39,356 nucleotides of DNA from the sequence record OQ031073; one strand, written 5' to 3'. Each line of letters opens with the position of its first letter. Position 1 is the stretch's first letter. Source of the DNA: Shigella phage SFP21B. Of this stretch, positions 10,701 through 20,908 are shown piece by piece. Made by a program: the position numbers and the translations under genes. The notes below the pieces were generated by a model. The model did not search any database, was not told where the DNA came from, and worked only from the letters and a program-made list of their open reading frames with translations.

Positions 10701-11632
10701 ACATCGTGGAACACAGCCTGACAGGAAGTAAGCGTAAGTTTGATGACCGCTGGTTGAAGACCGCTGGTATTTCGGACGAGCAGTGGAAAGGCATTAAGTC
10801 CCTCATCCGTGAGTCAGTGACTCGTGGTCCAGACGGGAAGTACACCATCAAGGATAAGAAGGCGTTCAGTCAGGACCCAAGGTCTATGGACCTCTGGCGT
10901 ATGGGTGATGCCATCGCTGACGAGACACTTCTCCGTCCGCACAAGCTGAGCAACATGGATGCCAAGGCGTATGGGCCTCTGGCGAAGACTGTCTTGCAGT
11001 TTAAGAACTTCGTCATCAAGTCCATCAACGGTCGAACCATGCGTACCTTCTACAACGCCACCAAGAACAACCGAGCGATGGACGCTGCACTGTCAACGGT
11101 CATGTCTATGGGTCTGGCTGGAATGTACTACATGGCTCAGGCGCACATCAAGGCTTACGCTATGCAGGATGGTCGTGACCGGGAGTATCTGAAACAAGCC
11201 CTTAACCCGACGATGATTGGCTATGCGGCTCTGTCCCGTAGCTCCCACTTGGGTGGGCCACTTGGGGTAGCCAACATTCTGGGTGGCATCGCTGGGTATG
11301 AGGACACTAAGATGCTCCGCTCGTCAATCCTTCCGCGCTCACCTACCGAGAAACCTGAACGTGCTATTACCTATGGTGCTGCGAAGAGTGACCCGGTGAT
11401 GAATGTGGTCGGTAACTTCCTTGAGCAGGTCCCGGCTTTCGGCTATGCTGCTAACGTTGGCGCTTCGGCTTACAACTTGGCTGGCTACCTGAAGGCTGAT
11501 ACCCGTGTGAATGAACGAGACTACATGACCGGGATGTATAACACTTTCCGCGAGCTGGTCCCTAACGACCCAATCACTCAGAAGCTGCTGTTAGGCACCT
11601 TTGAGGAGCAAGGCATTCACATCAAGGATTAA
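7736..11632 (+). CDS. 16: internal virion protein D (gp16), ejection/core protein; N-terminal ~130 aa module atypical
   Basis: 1298 aa; residues ~200 onward collinear with T7 gp16 (TWFGFGGAAEAE, GVDPLTYVPIAG, RLEARETARN, RSPTGMQSGASGK, FPGSRFKGTYVPHVY, GISHTDLFERSS, NGTTNYLLDAGRQG); N-terminus lacks the T7 transglycosylase motifs. Confidence 0.93.
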   Translation: MATRGIRNNNIGNIRVSKDQWEGATGDDGSFVTFDTPDSGVRALAKNLMSYGRQGYDSIEKIINRWAPPSENDTQSYIDSVVAATGIPATQSIDLTNPDVLASLSEAIGYHETGSRYDPEVYKLGVSRALSGAGGITQKTPPVSANVFDALTEGLKAKPKVALGENLPGVTGMNIEGQEPEAPNESFGEMFYKSTGETLDQRADRSTWFGFGGAAEAEVKNSLVGVAVRAGQTEDSLDVIGDVFNPTRWNNHKWSREELDQIRNAGVLPQYYGVITGGSPQNLTELINLALENQKLDAEKAKAGTGAQLAAGVIGAGVDPLTYVPIAGQVGKGGKLVNKMFTVAAQSGALAGASEIARTSVAGGDAHVAEAIMGGALFGGGMTAIGDALGKVLGKSTNEFAGPATRLEARETARNVDGQDLSRLPIREGEETFSHQGVKFADVPNEQGSVRLEDGSILIGENPLNPKTRQVFDEVIEPERAAAGINLGGLTEIGLKLLRSENPEIRGLAADLVRSPTGMQSGASGKIGTTASDVFERLRAVDHRFYNDIDDAVTEALKDPYFQTNFNRDTGAFRQDIYQRVALAIEDGSGNLKSELTPGELKVYDLLKNQFDAKREMMENPAMFGRVDAKSIFPGSRFKGTYVPHVYSNQMKELYIKELGSPEALQEAIKKSWLTSYASRPEVKARVDEALMEADPNLTPEGLAAAVDKYANDKAYGISHTDLFERSSVMEENINGLVGLENNNFLEARNLFDSDMSIILPNGQPFSVNSLREWDMDKIVPAYNRRVNGDIAIMAGTGKTTKEMKDAVETLMNRAGDDGKLKGEVSTLRDTLKILTGRARRDGADDAAFSTVMRTMTDLSFFAKNAYMGVQNLTEIGGMLARGNVRAMLHGIPIFRDLAFRSKKMGASEIKELHNVVFGKELDDSIRPSKQDVIDRLRAYSDLSKPVATALGSAKYYTGELAVRSPFTKVLNGTTNYLLDAGRQGFLSDIVEHSLTGSKRKFDDRWLKTAGISDEQWKGIKSLIRESVTRGPDGKYTIKDKKAFSQDPRSMDLWRMGDAIADETLLRPHKLSNMDAKAYGPLAKTVLQFKNFVIKSINGRTMRTFYNATKNNRAMDAALSTVMSMGLAGMYYMAQAHIKAYAMQDGRDREYLKQALNPTMIGYAALSRSSHLGGPLGVANILGGIAGYEDTKMLRSSILPRSPTEKPERAITYGAAKSDPVMNVVGNFLEQVPAFGYAANVGASAYNLAGYLKADTRVNERDYMTGMYNTFRELVPNDPITQKLLLGTFEEQGIHIKD

Positions 11633-11650
11633 ACCCTCACTATAGGAAAC
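11628..11650 (+). promoter_or_regulatory. phage RNAP promoter (phi17-like), ATTAAACCCTCACTATAGGAAAC
   Basis: consensus match immediately upstream of tail fiber gene. Confidence 0.85.
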
Positions 11651-11688
11651 GGGGCGCTACCACAGGTCCCATTTAACTCAACACTTAA

Positions 11689-14196
<2,508 letters not shown>

Positions 14197-14242
14197 CCGA
14201 TAACTTTGGGTCAAGGACGACCCGTTTAACAATGGAGGTATT

Positions 14243-14437
14243 ATGATTGAGTTCGACTTCAAGAATGAGGTCCTCAAAGCCTCGCCTATCGTCGGGACCG
14301 CTGCGGCTGATGGTGCCAGTCGGTTCTTCTTTGGGTTAACACTCAACGAATGGTTCTACGTCGCTGCTATCGCGTATACCGTGGTTCAGATTGGCGTACT
14401 GATTTACAAGACGATTAAGAGCGGAGGTAAGAAATGA
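14243..14437 (+). CDS. 17.5: holin (gp17.5, class II)
   Basis: 64 aa; near-identical core to T7 gp17.5 (APIVGT, FFFGLTLNEWFYVAAIAYTVVQIG); SD GGAGGT. Confidence 0.9.
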   Translation: MIEFDFKNEVLKASPIVGTAAADGASRFFFGLTLNEWFYVAAIAYTVVQIGVLIYKTIKSGGKK

Positions 14438-14697
14438 CGCAGATGGACTTAGAGAAGTTCCTGTTAATGCTGGACACCGAACGTGCTCGACTCATGTTGC
14501 AAGACCTGCGGGATGACTCTAAGCGTTCGCCACAGCTTTACAACGCCATCGAGAAGCTGCTGGCTCGTCACAACTTTGTACTGAGCAAGGTGTCGGTGGA
14601 CGAGAAGCAACTGGCTGACATGGAGGCGCTGAACCGAGAGTACGACAAGGTGCTATCAGCGACCGAGGATAATGACACCGGGTATGGTGTTCAGTAA
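14434..14697 (+). CDS. 18: terminase small subunit (gp18)
   Basis: 87 aa; T7 gp18-like (FLLMLDTERA, RSPQLYNAIEKLLARHNF); ATGA overlap with holin stop. Confidence 0.85.
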   Translation: MTQMDLEKFLLMLDTERARLMLQDLRDDSKRSPQLYNAIEKLLARHNFVLSKVSVDEKQLADMEALNREYDKVLSATEDNDTGYGVQ

Positions 14698-14700
14698 GTG

Positions 14701-14748
14701 TTAGACTCAAGGTCATTACCACTATATGTAGTGGCCTTTATGATTAAC
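14701..14748 (+). other. RNase III-type processing stem-loop (R18.5-like), copy 1 of a conserved motif
   Basis: TTAGACTCAAGGTC...GGCCTTTATGATTAAC; same motif recurs at 24351 and 31403. Confidence 0.45.
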
Positions 14749-14801
14749 ACACACTACGAGCGGTGACGCTACGTGGATTCTGAGAAATGAGGAGGGCAAC
14801 T

Positions 14802-15251
14802 ATGCTCGAACTTTTACGTAAAGCAATCCCGTGGCTGGTTGCAGGACTCCTGTTCTGCTCTGGCTATTGGGTAGCTGATAATAAGTGGGAGGCGAAGGTA
14901 AACAATGAGTACATCACGAAACTTGAGGCACGAGAGAATCAACGGGCTGCTGTCCAAGGTGAAATCGACAAAGTGTCAGCAGAGTGGCAAGACAAGATGT
15001 CCGCGCTGGAAGGCTCTACTGATAGGATTATTGCTGACCTTAACCGCGATAACAAGCGGCTGCGCATCCGAGTCAAACCCACCAGTGGAACAGTCCAGAC
15101 TGACGGTCGATGCGTCATTGATGGTTACGCCGAACTTGACGAACGAGATGCTAAGCGTCTTATCGCCATCGGACTGAAAGGTGACGAATGGATTAAGGCC
15201 CTCCAGAAGACCGTGAGAGCCATGCAGCAAGAGAAGGAGGTGAAACCTTGA
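14802..15251 (+). CDS. 18.5: Rz-like i-spanin (gp18.5)
   Basis: start chosen at second ATG (SD GAGGAGGG 5 nt upstream); [19 protein letters not shown]-terminal TM, T7 gp18.5-like ([26 protein letters not shown]); ORF track start 14787 is an in-frame alternative. Confidence 0.85.
   Translation: MLELLRKAIPWLVAGLLFCSGYWVADNKWEAKVNNEYITKLEARENQRAAVQGEIDKVSAEWQDKMSALEGSTDRIIADLNRDNKRLRIRVKPTSGTVQTDGRCVIDGYAELDERDAKRLIAIGLKGDEWIKALQKTVRAMQQEKEVKP
14905..15177 (+). CDS. 18.7: Rz1-like o-spanin (gp18.7) embedded in the +1 frame of Rz
   Basis: lipoprotein signal [16 protein letters not shown]|C (lipobox) and proline-rich mature part; T7 18.7-like N-terminus MST..; functional start may be internal. 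Confidence 0.7.
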   Translation: MSTSRNLRHERINGLLSKVKSTKCQQSGKTRCPRWKALLIGLLLTLTAITSGCASESNPPVEQSRLTVDASLMVTPNLTNEMLSVLSPSD

Positions 15252-17011
15252 GTCAAGACTTAGCAGCGCGTCAGGCGCTTATGACTGCCCGTATGAAGGC
15301 AGACTTCGTGTTCTTCCTGTTCGTTCTGTGGAAAGCTCTGTCACTTCCCGTTCCGACTCGCTGTCAGATTGACATGGCGAAGAAGCTATCGGCTGGGGAC
15401 AACAGGCGCTTCATCTTGCAGGCGTTCCGTGGTATCGGGAAGTCCTTCATTACGTGTGCCTTCGTGGTCTGGAAGCTATGGAATAACCCGGACTTGAAGT
15501 TCATGATTGTGTCGGCCTCAAAGGAACGAGCCGATGCGAACTCAATCTTCATCAAGCGTATCATCGACCTCATGCCTCAGCTCCAAGAGTTGAAGCCTAA
15601 GCAGGGGCAGCGAGACGCAGTAATCAGCTTTGACGTAGGACCTGCCAAGCCTGACCACTCTCCTTCGGTTAAGTCCGTTGGTATCACTGGTCAGTTAACT
15701 GGTAGCCGTGCTGACATCCTGATTGCCGATGACGTAGAGGTCCCCGGTAACTCCGCTACTCAGGCAGCACGGGACCGACTGTCAGAGCTGGTGAAAGAGT
15801 TCGACGCAATCCTGAAGCCGGGTGGTACGGTTATCTATCTGGGTACTCCTCAGACCGAGATGACCTTGTATCGACAGCTTGAAGGTCGTGGTTACTCAAC
15901 TACCATCTGGCCTGCCCGCTACCCACGTGATGAGAAGGACTGGAAGTCTTACGGCGACCGTCTGGCCCCGATGCTTCAGGCCGAGCTTGAGTCCGACCCT
16001 GAGGGCTACTACTGGCTCCCTACCGATGAGGTTCGATTCGACGATGAGGACTTGAGGGAACGTGAGCTGTCTTACGGTAAGGCTGGCTTCGCTCTCCAGT
16101 TCATGCTCAACCCGAACCTTGGTGATGCCGAGAAATACCCGCTGAAGCTGCGTGACCTTATCGTAGCGGACTTGGACCCTGAGTCAAGCCCTATGGTCTA
16201 CCAGTGGCTCCCGAACCTTCAGAACAAGCGTGAGGACGTTCCTAACGTGGGACTCATGGGTGATTCCTACCACACGTATCAGACTGTAGGTTCTGCCTTC
16301 AGTTCGTACACCCAGAAGATTCTGGTCATTGACCCCAGTGGTCGTGGTAAGGATGAGACCGGGTATGCGGTACTGTATCAGCTCAACGGCTACATCTTCG
16401 TGATGGAAGCTGGTGGTATGCGCGGTGGCTATGAGGACTCTACGCTGGAGTCTCTGGCGAAGATTGGTCGCAAGTGGAAGATTAACGAGTACGTCATTGA
16501 GGGTAACTTCGGTGATGGTATGTATCTCGAACTCTTCAAGCCTGTGGCGGCTCGTATTCACCCGGCAGCAGTAACTGAGGTCAAGAGCAAGGGTCAGAAG
16601 GAACTACGCATCTGTGACGTTCTGGAGCCTATCATGGGGTCCCACAGACTCATCGTGAACTCCTCGACCATTGTGTCTGACTACCAGACTGCCGCTGACA
16701 AGGATGGCGTCCGTAACCCTATCTACTCCCTGTTCTACCAGATGACCCGTATCAGCCGTGAACGTGGGGCCTTGGCACACGATGACCGACTTGATGCTCT
16801 GGCTATCGGTGTACAGTTCTTCGTAGAGTCTATGGCTAAGGATGCCGTTAAGGGACAGCGTGAAGTCACCGAGGAGTGGCTGGAGGAACAGATGGAAGAC
16901 CCACGGAAAGGCTTTAAGTCCATCGAGACGGACTACTGGGACAATGGGGTCCGGGTCCAGTTCAATACAGATGATGACTTGGGCTTAGGGTCCTACGTAC
17001 AGTTCCACTAG
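15248..17011 (+). CDS. 19: terminase large subunit (gp19)
   Basis: 587 aa; T7 gp19-like (CQIDMAKKL, Walker [67 protein letters not shown]); apparent TTG start with SD AAGGAGGTGA 7 nt upstream, overlapping Rz stop. Confidence 0.95.
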   Translation: MSQDLAARQALMTARMKADFVFFLFVLWKALSLPVPTRCQIDMAKKLSAGDNRRFILQAFRGIGKSFITCAFVVWKLWNNPDLKFMIVSASKERADANSIFIKRIIDLMPQLQELKPKQGQRDAVISFDVGPAKPDHSPSVKSVGITGQLTGSRADILIADDVEVPGNSATQAARDRLSELVKEFDAILKPGGTVIYLGTPQTEMTLYRQLEGRGYSTTIWPARYPRDEKDWKSYGDRLAPMLQAELESDPEGYYWLPTDEVRFDDEDLRERELSYGKAGFALQFMLNPNLGDAEKYPLKLRDLIVADLDPESSPMVYQWLPNLQNKREDVPNVGLMGDSYHTYQTVGSAFSSYTQKILVIDPSGRGKDETGYAVLYQLNGYIFVMEAGGMRGGYEDSTLESLAKIGRKWKINEYVIEGNFGDGMYLELFKPVAARIHPAAVTEVKSKGQKELRICDVLEPIMGSHRLIVNSSTIVSDYQTAADKDGVRNPIYSLFYQMTRISRERGALAHDDRLDALAIGVQFFVESMAKDAVKGQREVTEEWLEEQMEDPRKGFKSIETDYWDNGVRVQFNTDDDLGLGSYVQFH

Positions 17012-17103
17012 CAGTTTGCATAAAGTACCGCATTAGTTGCATGAATACGCACTATGTAAGTCGGTACATAACGCTCGTAACTCTATGTATTCCTTAGGAA
17101 AAT

Positions 17104-17126
17104 CTTATACCCTCACTATAGGAAAG
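17104..17126 (+). promoter_or_regulatory. phage RNAP promoter (phiOR-like), CTTATACCCTCACTATAGGAAAG
   Basis: consensus core; located between terminase and gene 19.5 as in T7. Confidence 0.8.
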
Positions 17127-17300
17127 ACCCCCGGTTACTTATAGTAAAGACTCAATGAATAATCATATGCACACTTTATGCAAGACCTTAGGAGGCAGAC
17201 TCCTGAGTTCTTACCTAAGGCTAGCACCGATGGAGAGGGTGATTGTAATCATCACACCCTCATAACTTAAGTAGACCCTAAGCGACAGGAGGTATGTAGC

Positions 17301-17459
17301 ATGGGTAAGACCAAAGCTGTTCTCAAAGCTCTGGCGACCAATAGAGCTACATACAGGTTTCTTGCTGCTGTTCTACTTGCTGCTGGCGTTACTGCTGGAA
17401 GTCAGTGGGTCGGGTGGGTCGAGACTCTCGTATGTACTCTGGTGTCTGAGTGTAATTAA
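17301..17459 (+). CDS. 19.5: gp19.5-like small protein
   Basis: 52 aa ORF not in the supplied track (<60 aa); SD AGGAGGT; resembles T7 gp19.5 as remembered (ATYRFLAAVLLAAG ... ETLVCTLVSEC). Confidence 0.65.
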   Translation: MGKTKAVLKALATNRATYRFLAAVLLAAGVTAGSQWVGWVETLVCTLVSECN

Positions 17460-17697
17460 CGCCATCATGGTAACAATCAACGAAAGACGGACCTAAGGTC
17501 AGTTCATAGCTGACGCTGCTCTACTGACCTTAGCTACTGTAGTCAAGGACTTTAGGTAACACCTTAAGAGAAGCTCACTTAGGGTCATCCTACTCACTGG
17601 TCTACCCTAGTGTCGCCTGACCTACGGTCCTTGACCTACAGTGGCTGAGGCCTACAGTAGGGACGATGAGTTTTGGACCAAAAGTTTGAGACCACAT

Positions 17698-17900
17698 CTC
17701 ACAGTTCAAGAACCTCAAGTCTCCCCCATAGGCCCTCTTTCAGTCTCGACCAAAGGCCCTACCCCTAGACCTTCGGTCTAAACCTCAAGTCTTTGACCCG
17801 AAGTCGACCCGAAGTCTGGACCGATAGGGCCTATATCTTGTGGTTGGGACGATGGGTCGGGACTATATGTTGTGTCCTTGAGTCGCTATCTGTAACAGCC
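17698..17900 (+). repeat. inferred genome terminus and terminal-repeat region (single collapsed copy); boundaries approximate
   Basis: TCTCACAGT...CCCCCATAGG at 17698 matches the start of the T7 left end as remembered; right edge near TATCTGTAACAG...CCTACAGT by analogy to T7 terminal repeat end. Confidence 0.4.
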
Positions 17901-17904
17901 TCAA

Positions 17905-18010
17905 GTCATCACCTACAGTCAACCAGCCTACAGTCAATCCCTAAGTGATGGCCTACCTACAGTCTAACAACATACAGTCAATAGACACCATGTCGACCTA
18001 CAGTTTATCA
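17905..18010 (+). repeat. array of short direct repeats (CTACAGT heptamer, at least 5 copies) adjacent to terminal repeat
   Basis: CACCTACAGTCAA, AGCCTACAGTCAA, CCTACCTACAGTCTAA, AACATACAGTCAA, CGACCTACAGTTTA; analogous to T7 CCTAAAG repeats. Confidence 0.55.
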
Positions 18011-18217
18011 GAGTCCTAAGGTCTAGACTCACAGGTTATCACATCCGGTCTCTTTAGCAGTCAGTGACCATTGCTGACTAGGGTTATTGTTGTTGGTGTC
18101 TGCCAACTGGACTCTTATTATCAATAGTCCAGACCTAAAGTCAATCATCTGTAGTCGATAATGGTCTTCCTTATATAGTCATTGGACTACTGTATAAATT
18201 AACATGATAAATAGTTG

Positions 18218-18246
18218 TTGACAGTAGGTCTAACTTTTGGTTTAAT
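18218..18246 (+). promoter_or_regulatory. host sigma70-type early promoter (A1-like)
   Basis: TTGACA -35, 17-nt spacer containing GTCTAAC as in T7 A1, -10 TTTAAT. Confidence 0.5.
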
Positions 18247-18373
18247 AGCTTCCGTCAACACGACACGGCAACAACCGGATAGTGAAGACGCCGGGTCGGT
18301 CCGGTTAAGTAGTCAGCCTGTAAGACATACGAAAAACAGGCAACCGACAGCTAGGCGACTAGCGACAAAGTAG

Positions 18374-18403
18374 TTGACAAGCAGTAACGACTTAAAGTAG
18401 TAT
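18374..18403 (+). promoter_or_regulatory. host sigma70-type early promoter (A3-like)
   Basis: TTGACA -35, 18-nt spacer, -10 TAGTAT, followed by GTACCACAT as in T7 A3. Confidence 0.5.
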
Positions 18404-18610
18404 GTACCACATCAAAACGGTGAGGCCCAACACTGAAACGGGATAGCAAGGCGACGACAGTCATTGCGAATGCTCTTTAACAATCTGGATAAACTCTTAA
18501 TGTGCGCCGATAGCGACTAACTACAGGGTCTTTGAGTCTACCGCGAGACGGGCCTGACTTGAGCGACTGAAGGCCCTGACTGATAGTCACTAACTTAAAG
18601 GATACACATC

Positions 18611-19063
18611 ATGATTTACACTAACGAACCAGCCAACGTTTTCTATGTGCTCGTGTCTGCCGCTCGTGCTAACCTGTCTGATATGGCTAACATGGCCCGT
18701 CAGTTAGACCTTAAGGCACTGCTGCAAGCAGAACCTGAATACTACGGTGTGCTCGAATGCACTGGGCTTACAGGCTGCTACCGCGAGGAGGGACAAGAGG
18801 TCGCCACTGAAGAGAGAACCTACCGTGTGCGCTGTGAGTCCAAGGCTCAAGCTATCAACGTTGCACGACTGGCCTGCAATGACTTTGAGCAAGACTGCGT
18901 GATGGTCTACAAGTCTCAGACTCACACGGCTGGCCTGATGTTCTGCAAAGGCTTGGACGGCTACAAGACCACACGTCTGAACGGGTCATTCCAGCAAGTC
19001 GATGCACCAAAGGGCGAATGCTTCACGAAAGACGCTGAAGGGCGCTTCTGGGAGGTTGTGTAA
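18611..19063 (+). CDS. 0.3: S-adenosylmethionine lyase/hydrolase (T3 gene 0.3 type anti-restriction protein)
   Basis: 150 aa; strongly resembles T3 SAMase as remembered (EPANVFYVLVSA, TGCYRE, RVRCESKAQAINVARLACN, CVMVYKSQTHTAGL); SD AAGGA. Confidence 0.88.
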   Translation: MIYTNEPANVFYVLVSAARANLSDMANMARQLDLKALLQAEPEYYGVLECTGLTGCYREEGQEVATEERTYRVRCESKAQAINVARLACNDFEQDCVMVYKSQTHTAGLMFCKGLDGYKTTRLNGSFQQVDAPKGECFTKDAEGRFWEVV

Positions 19064-19064
19064 G

Positions 19065-19268
19065 ATGGTTAACTCATACCCTAATCACATCAAGCCATGG
19101 ATAACGGTTGATATTGAGACCGTGGGCGACTCCAAGTTTGTGACCATACGGTCAAGTATACACGTTAACAAGGAGTTCAAACTTCCGCATAGCTATAGCC
19201 TGAGCTGGGGAGACTGGGAGATTCTGCGTGATGGCGCTTTCCTCAAGTACGCAAGGAGGTTCTACTGA
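19065..19268 (+). CDS. hypothetical early protein
   Basis: 68 aa from first ATG after 0.3 stop (TAAGATG); ORF track 19002 start overlaps 0.3 and is less likely. Confidence 0.45.
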   Translation: MVNSYPNHIKPWITVDIETVGDSKFVTIRSSIHVNKEFKLPHSYSLSWGDWEILRDGAFLKYARRFY

Positions 19269-19393
19269 TGTACACGATAAGCTACAGCAGCGAGCAGGCG
19301 TTCTATGATGGTCTCGTCGAGCTGATGAAGCGCGGGGCCTGCTACACGGCTAACCACCATGCGCTAACCATAACGCTGACAGGCGGGTACTGA
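19268..19393 (+). CDS. hypothetical small early protein (41 aa)
   Basis: ATG overlapping upstream stop (TGATG); translation MYTISYSSEQAFYDGLVELMKRGACYTANHHALTITLTGGY; below track cutoff. Confidence 0.3.
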   Translation: MYTISYSSEQAFYDGLVELMKRGACYTANHHALTITLTGGY

Positions 19394-19487
19394 TGGCGTA
19401 AGCCAGCTTAACGAGTGCCAGACTACAGGTCATCCATGCGGGTGGCCTGACTGATTGTCACTTAACCACAAGAAGGAAACACACGTA

Positions 19488-20222
19488 ATGAACGCACACG
19501 ATAAAGTAATCATGAATAACCTGATGTCCCAGCTTCACGCTATCATCTGTCAGGCTGACTACAAGGTGGAGTCGCTGGGGTCTGGCATAGCTGCGCAAGA
19601 CCGCTGGGGAGCCTTTGAGATACTGGCGAGGGAACATGGTTACAGGCTGTTAGGACTGGGACACTTCGCCGCTGCCTTTGAGCATGAGGACCTGCCGGGA
19701 TATGCAATCAAGGTGGGCTTCAAGAAGGATGACTCAGGCGCTGCATATGCGGCCTTCTGCCGAGAGAATGAGGGTCTGGCTGGACTACCAGTCATCCATC
19801 TGGTCAAGCGCTTCAGCAGGGCGTACATGGTGGCTATGGACAAGTACCGCTCACTAAATGACATCGGCGGGGACTACTGCCGGGACGGTGAGACCTACGA
19901 GCAACGAGTCTTAAGCGTGTCATGGCGTGTAGTCAATGCGGTGATAGACCACTGCGAGCCACCATCTGAGGCCCTGAGCTGGTGGTTGGACCAAGACGCG
20001 CGAGCTGAGTTTGCACACGTCGAGACTCAATATATTAAAGACCTTGCGCAGACTGCACGTAAGATTCACACGTTCTTCTACGGTCTGGCATCGTTCGACA
20101 CGCACCGAGCTAACGTGATGGTCGATAACAACGGGCGCTTGATAATCACAGACCCAGTGTCTTGGACTCAGGCAGACCATCAAGACGAGCTGCAAGGCAG
20201 GCTGAACGCAATAGCTGAGTGA
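19488..20222 (+). CDS. 0.7: serine/threonine protein kinase (gp0.7), kinase domain only
   Basis: T7 gp0.7 kinase-domain similarity (GHFAAAFEH, VGFKKDDSGAAYAAFCR, ITDPVS); first ATG with SD AGAAGGAAA; track start 19455 is TTG upstream in frame. Confidence 0.88.
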   Translation: MNAHDKVIMNNLMSQLHAIICQADYKVESLGSGIAAQDRWGAFEILAREHGYRLLGLGHFAAAFEHEDLPGYAIKVGFKKDDSGAAYAAFCRENEGLAGLPVIHLVKRFSRAYMVAMDKYRSLNDIGGDYCRDGETYEQRVLSVSWRVVNAVIDHCEPPSEALSWWLDQDARAEFAHVETQYIKDLAQTARKIHTFFYGLASFDTHRANVMVDNNGRLIITDPVSWTQADHQDELQGRLNAIAE

Positions 20223-20289
20223 TAGACGAGAGGCCACTACATCTAGTGGTCTCAAAGATTATTTCTCACAACATATAGGCAGGTGAGCA

Positions 20290-20484
20290 ATGGGCTGGAT
20301 ACTTCTGGTCATCGGCTACGGGTTAATACTCGCAGTCATCACGAAAGACATCGTGAAGGCACGTAAAGTCTACCGCTTCCAGTATGTATCACTGGGGCGC
20401 TGGACTGTAAGACAACCGAACGGACGATTCATGCGCAACCTCGCAAACGTCTGGGACATCGCAACCTTAGGGAGTAAACTGTAA
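20290..20484 (+). CDS. hypothetical small membrane protein
   Basis: 64 aa; N-terminal hydrophobic helix GWILLVIGYGLILAVI then basic region. Confidence 0.45.
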   Translation: MGWILLVIGYGLILAVITKDIVKARKVYRFQYVSLGRWTVRQPNGRFMRNLANVWDIATLGSKL

Positions 20485-20810
20485 TGAACAAGTCATACGG
20501 CATCAATCTGGTTCACGCACTGGACGCCGACCTTAACCTGCTTTCATCACTGGCTACAGGCTACCGACACGGGAACTCAAGTCACACCGTTCGTCAACAG
20601 CAGGAGCGCGACCGGGTACTACAAGCAAGACTCCGGGCCGAGGGCAACAAGACCGAGCTGATGTGTCTGGCCTACGGTGGACGACCACGCACTGACGATG
20701 GTAAACTTCTGGTCTCAGGCTGGAAGGCGATAGACCAGCGGTCAGGCATCAAGCACACGACACGCGGTGACTTCAGTCATCTCCACGCTAACCCACTGAT
20801 ATGCAAGTAG
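20484..20810 (+). CDS. hypothetical early protein
   Basis: 108 aa; SD GGGAGT 8 nt upstream; TAATG overlap with previous ORF; no recognised homolog. Confidence 0.5.
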   Translation: MNKSYGINLVHALDADLNLLSSLATGYRHGNSSHTVRQQQERDRVLQARLRAEGNKTELMCLAYGGRPRTDDGKLLVSGWKAIDQRSGIKHTTRGDFSHLHANPLICK

Positions 20811-20815
20811 TATTG

Positions 20816-20838
20816 ATTAAACCCTCACTATAGGACTC
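20816..20838 (+). promoter_or_regulatory. phage RNAP promoter located upstream of the RNAP gene, GATTAAACCCTCACTATAGGACT
   Basis: full consensus match 70 nt upstream of gene 1 ATG, followed by stem-loop GGTCT...AGACC. Confidence 0.75.
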
Positions 20839-20908
20839 AAGGTCTAAGACTCCAGTTTAAAGACCAAAGAGACTTTAAGTGAAAGACTAACAAACAAGGA
20901 CTTTAAGT

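Noticed and set aside
14197-14242. Possible terminator hairpin GGGTC-AAGGAC-GACCC between tail fiber and holin
   Set aside because: Only a 5-bp stem with a weak T tract; the holin must be co-transcribed with late genes, so at most a pause or processing site
17155-17265. 36-aa ATG ORF between the 17104 promoter and gene 19.5
   Set aside because: Rich in rare codons (TTA, AGG, CTA, AGA), no SD, too short to support
19002-19064. Track start at 19002 for the ORF downstream of gene 0.3
   Set aside because: That start overlaps the 0.3 coding region by 60 nt; the ATG at 19065 right after the 0.3 stop is the more economical start
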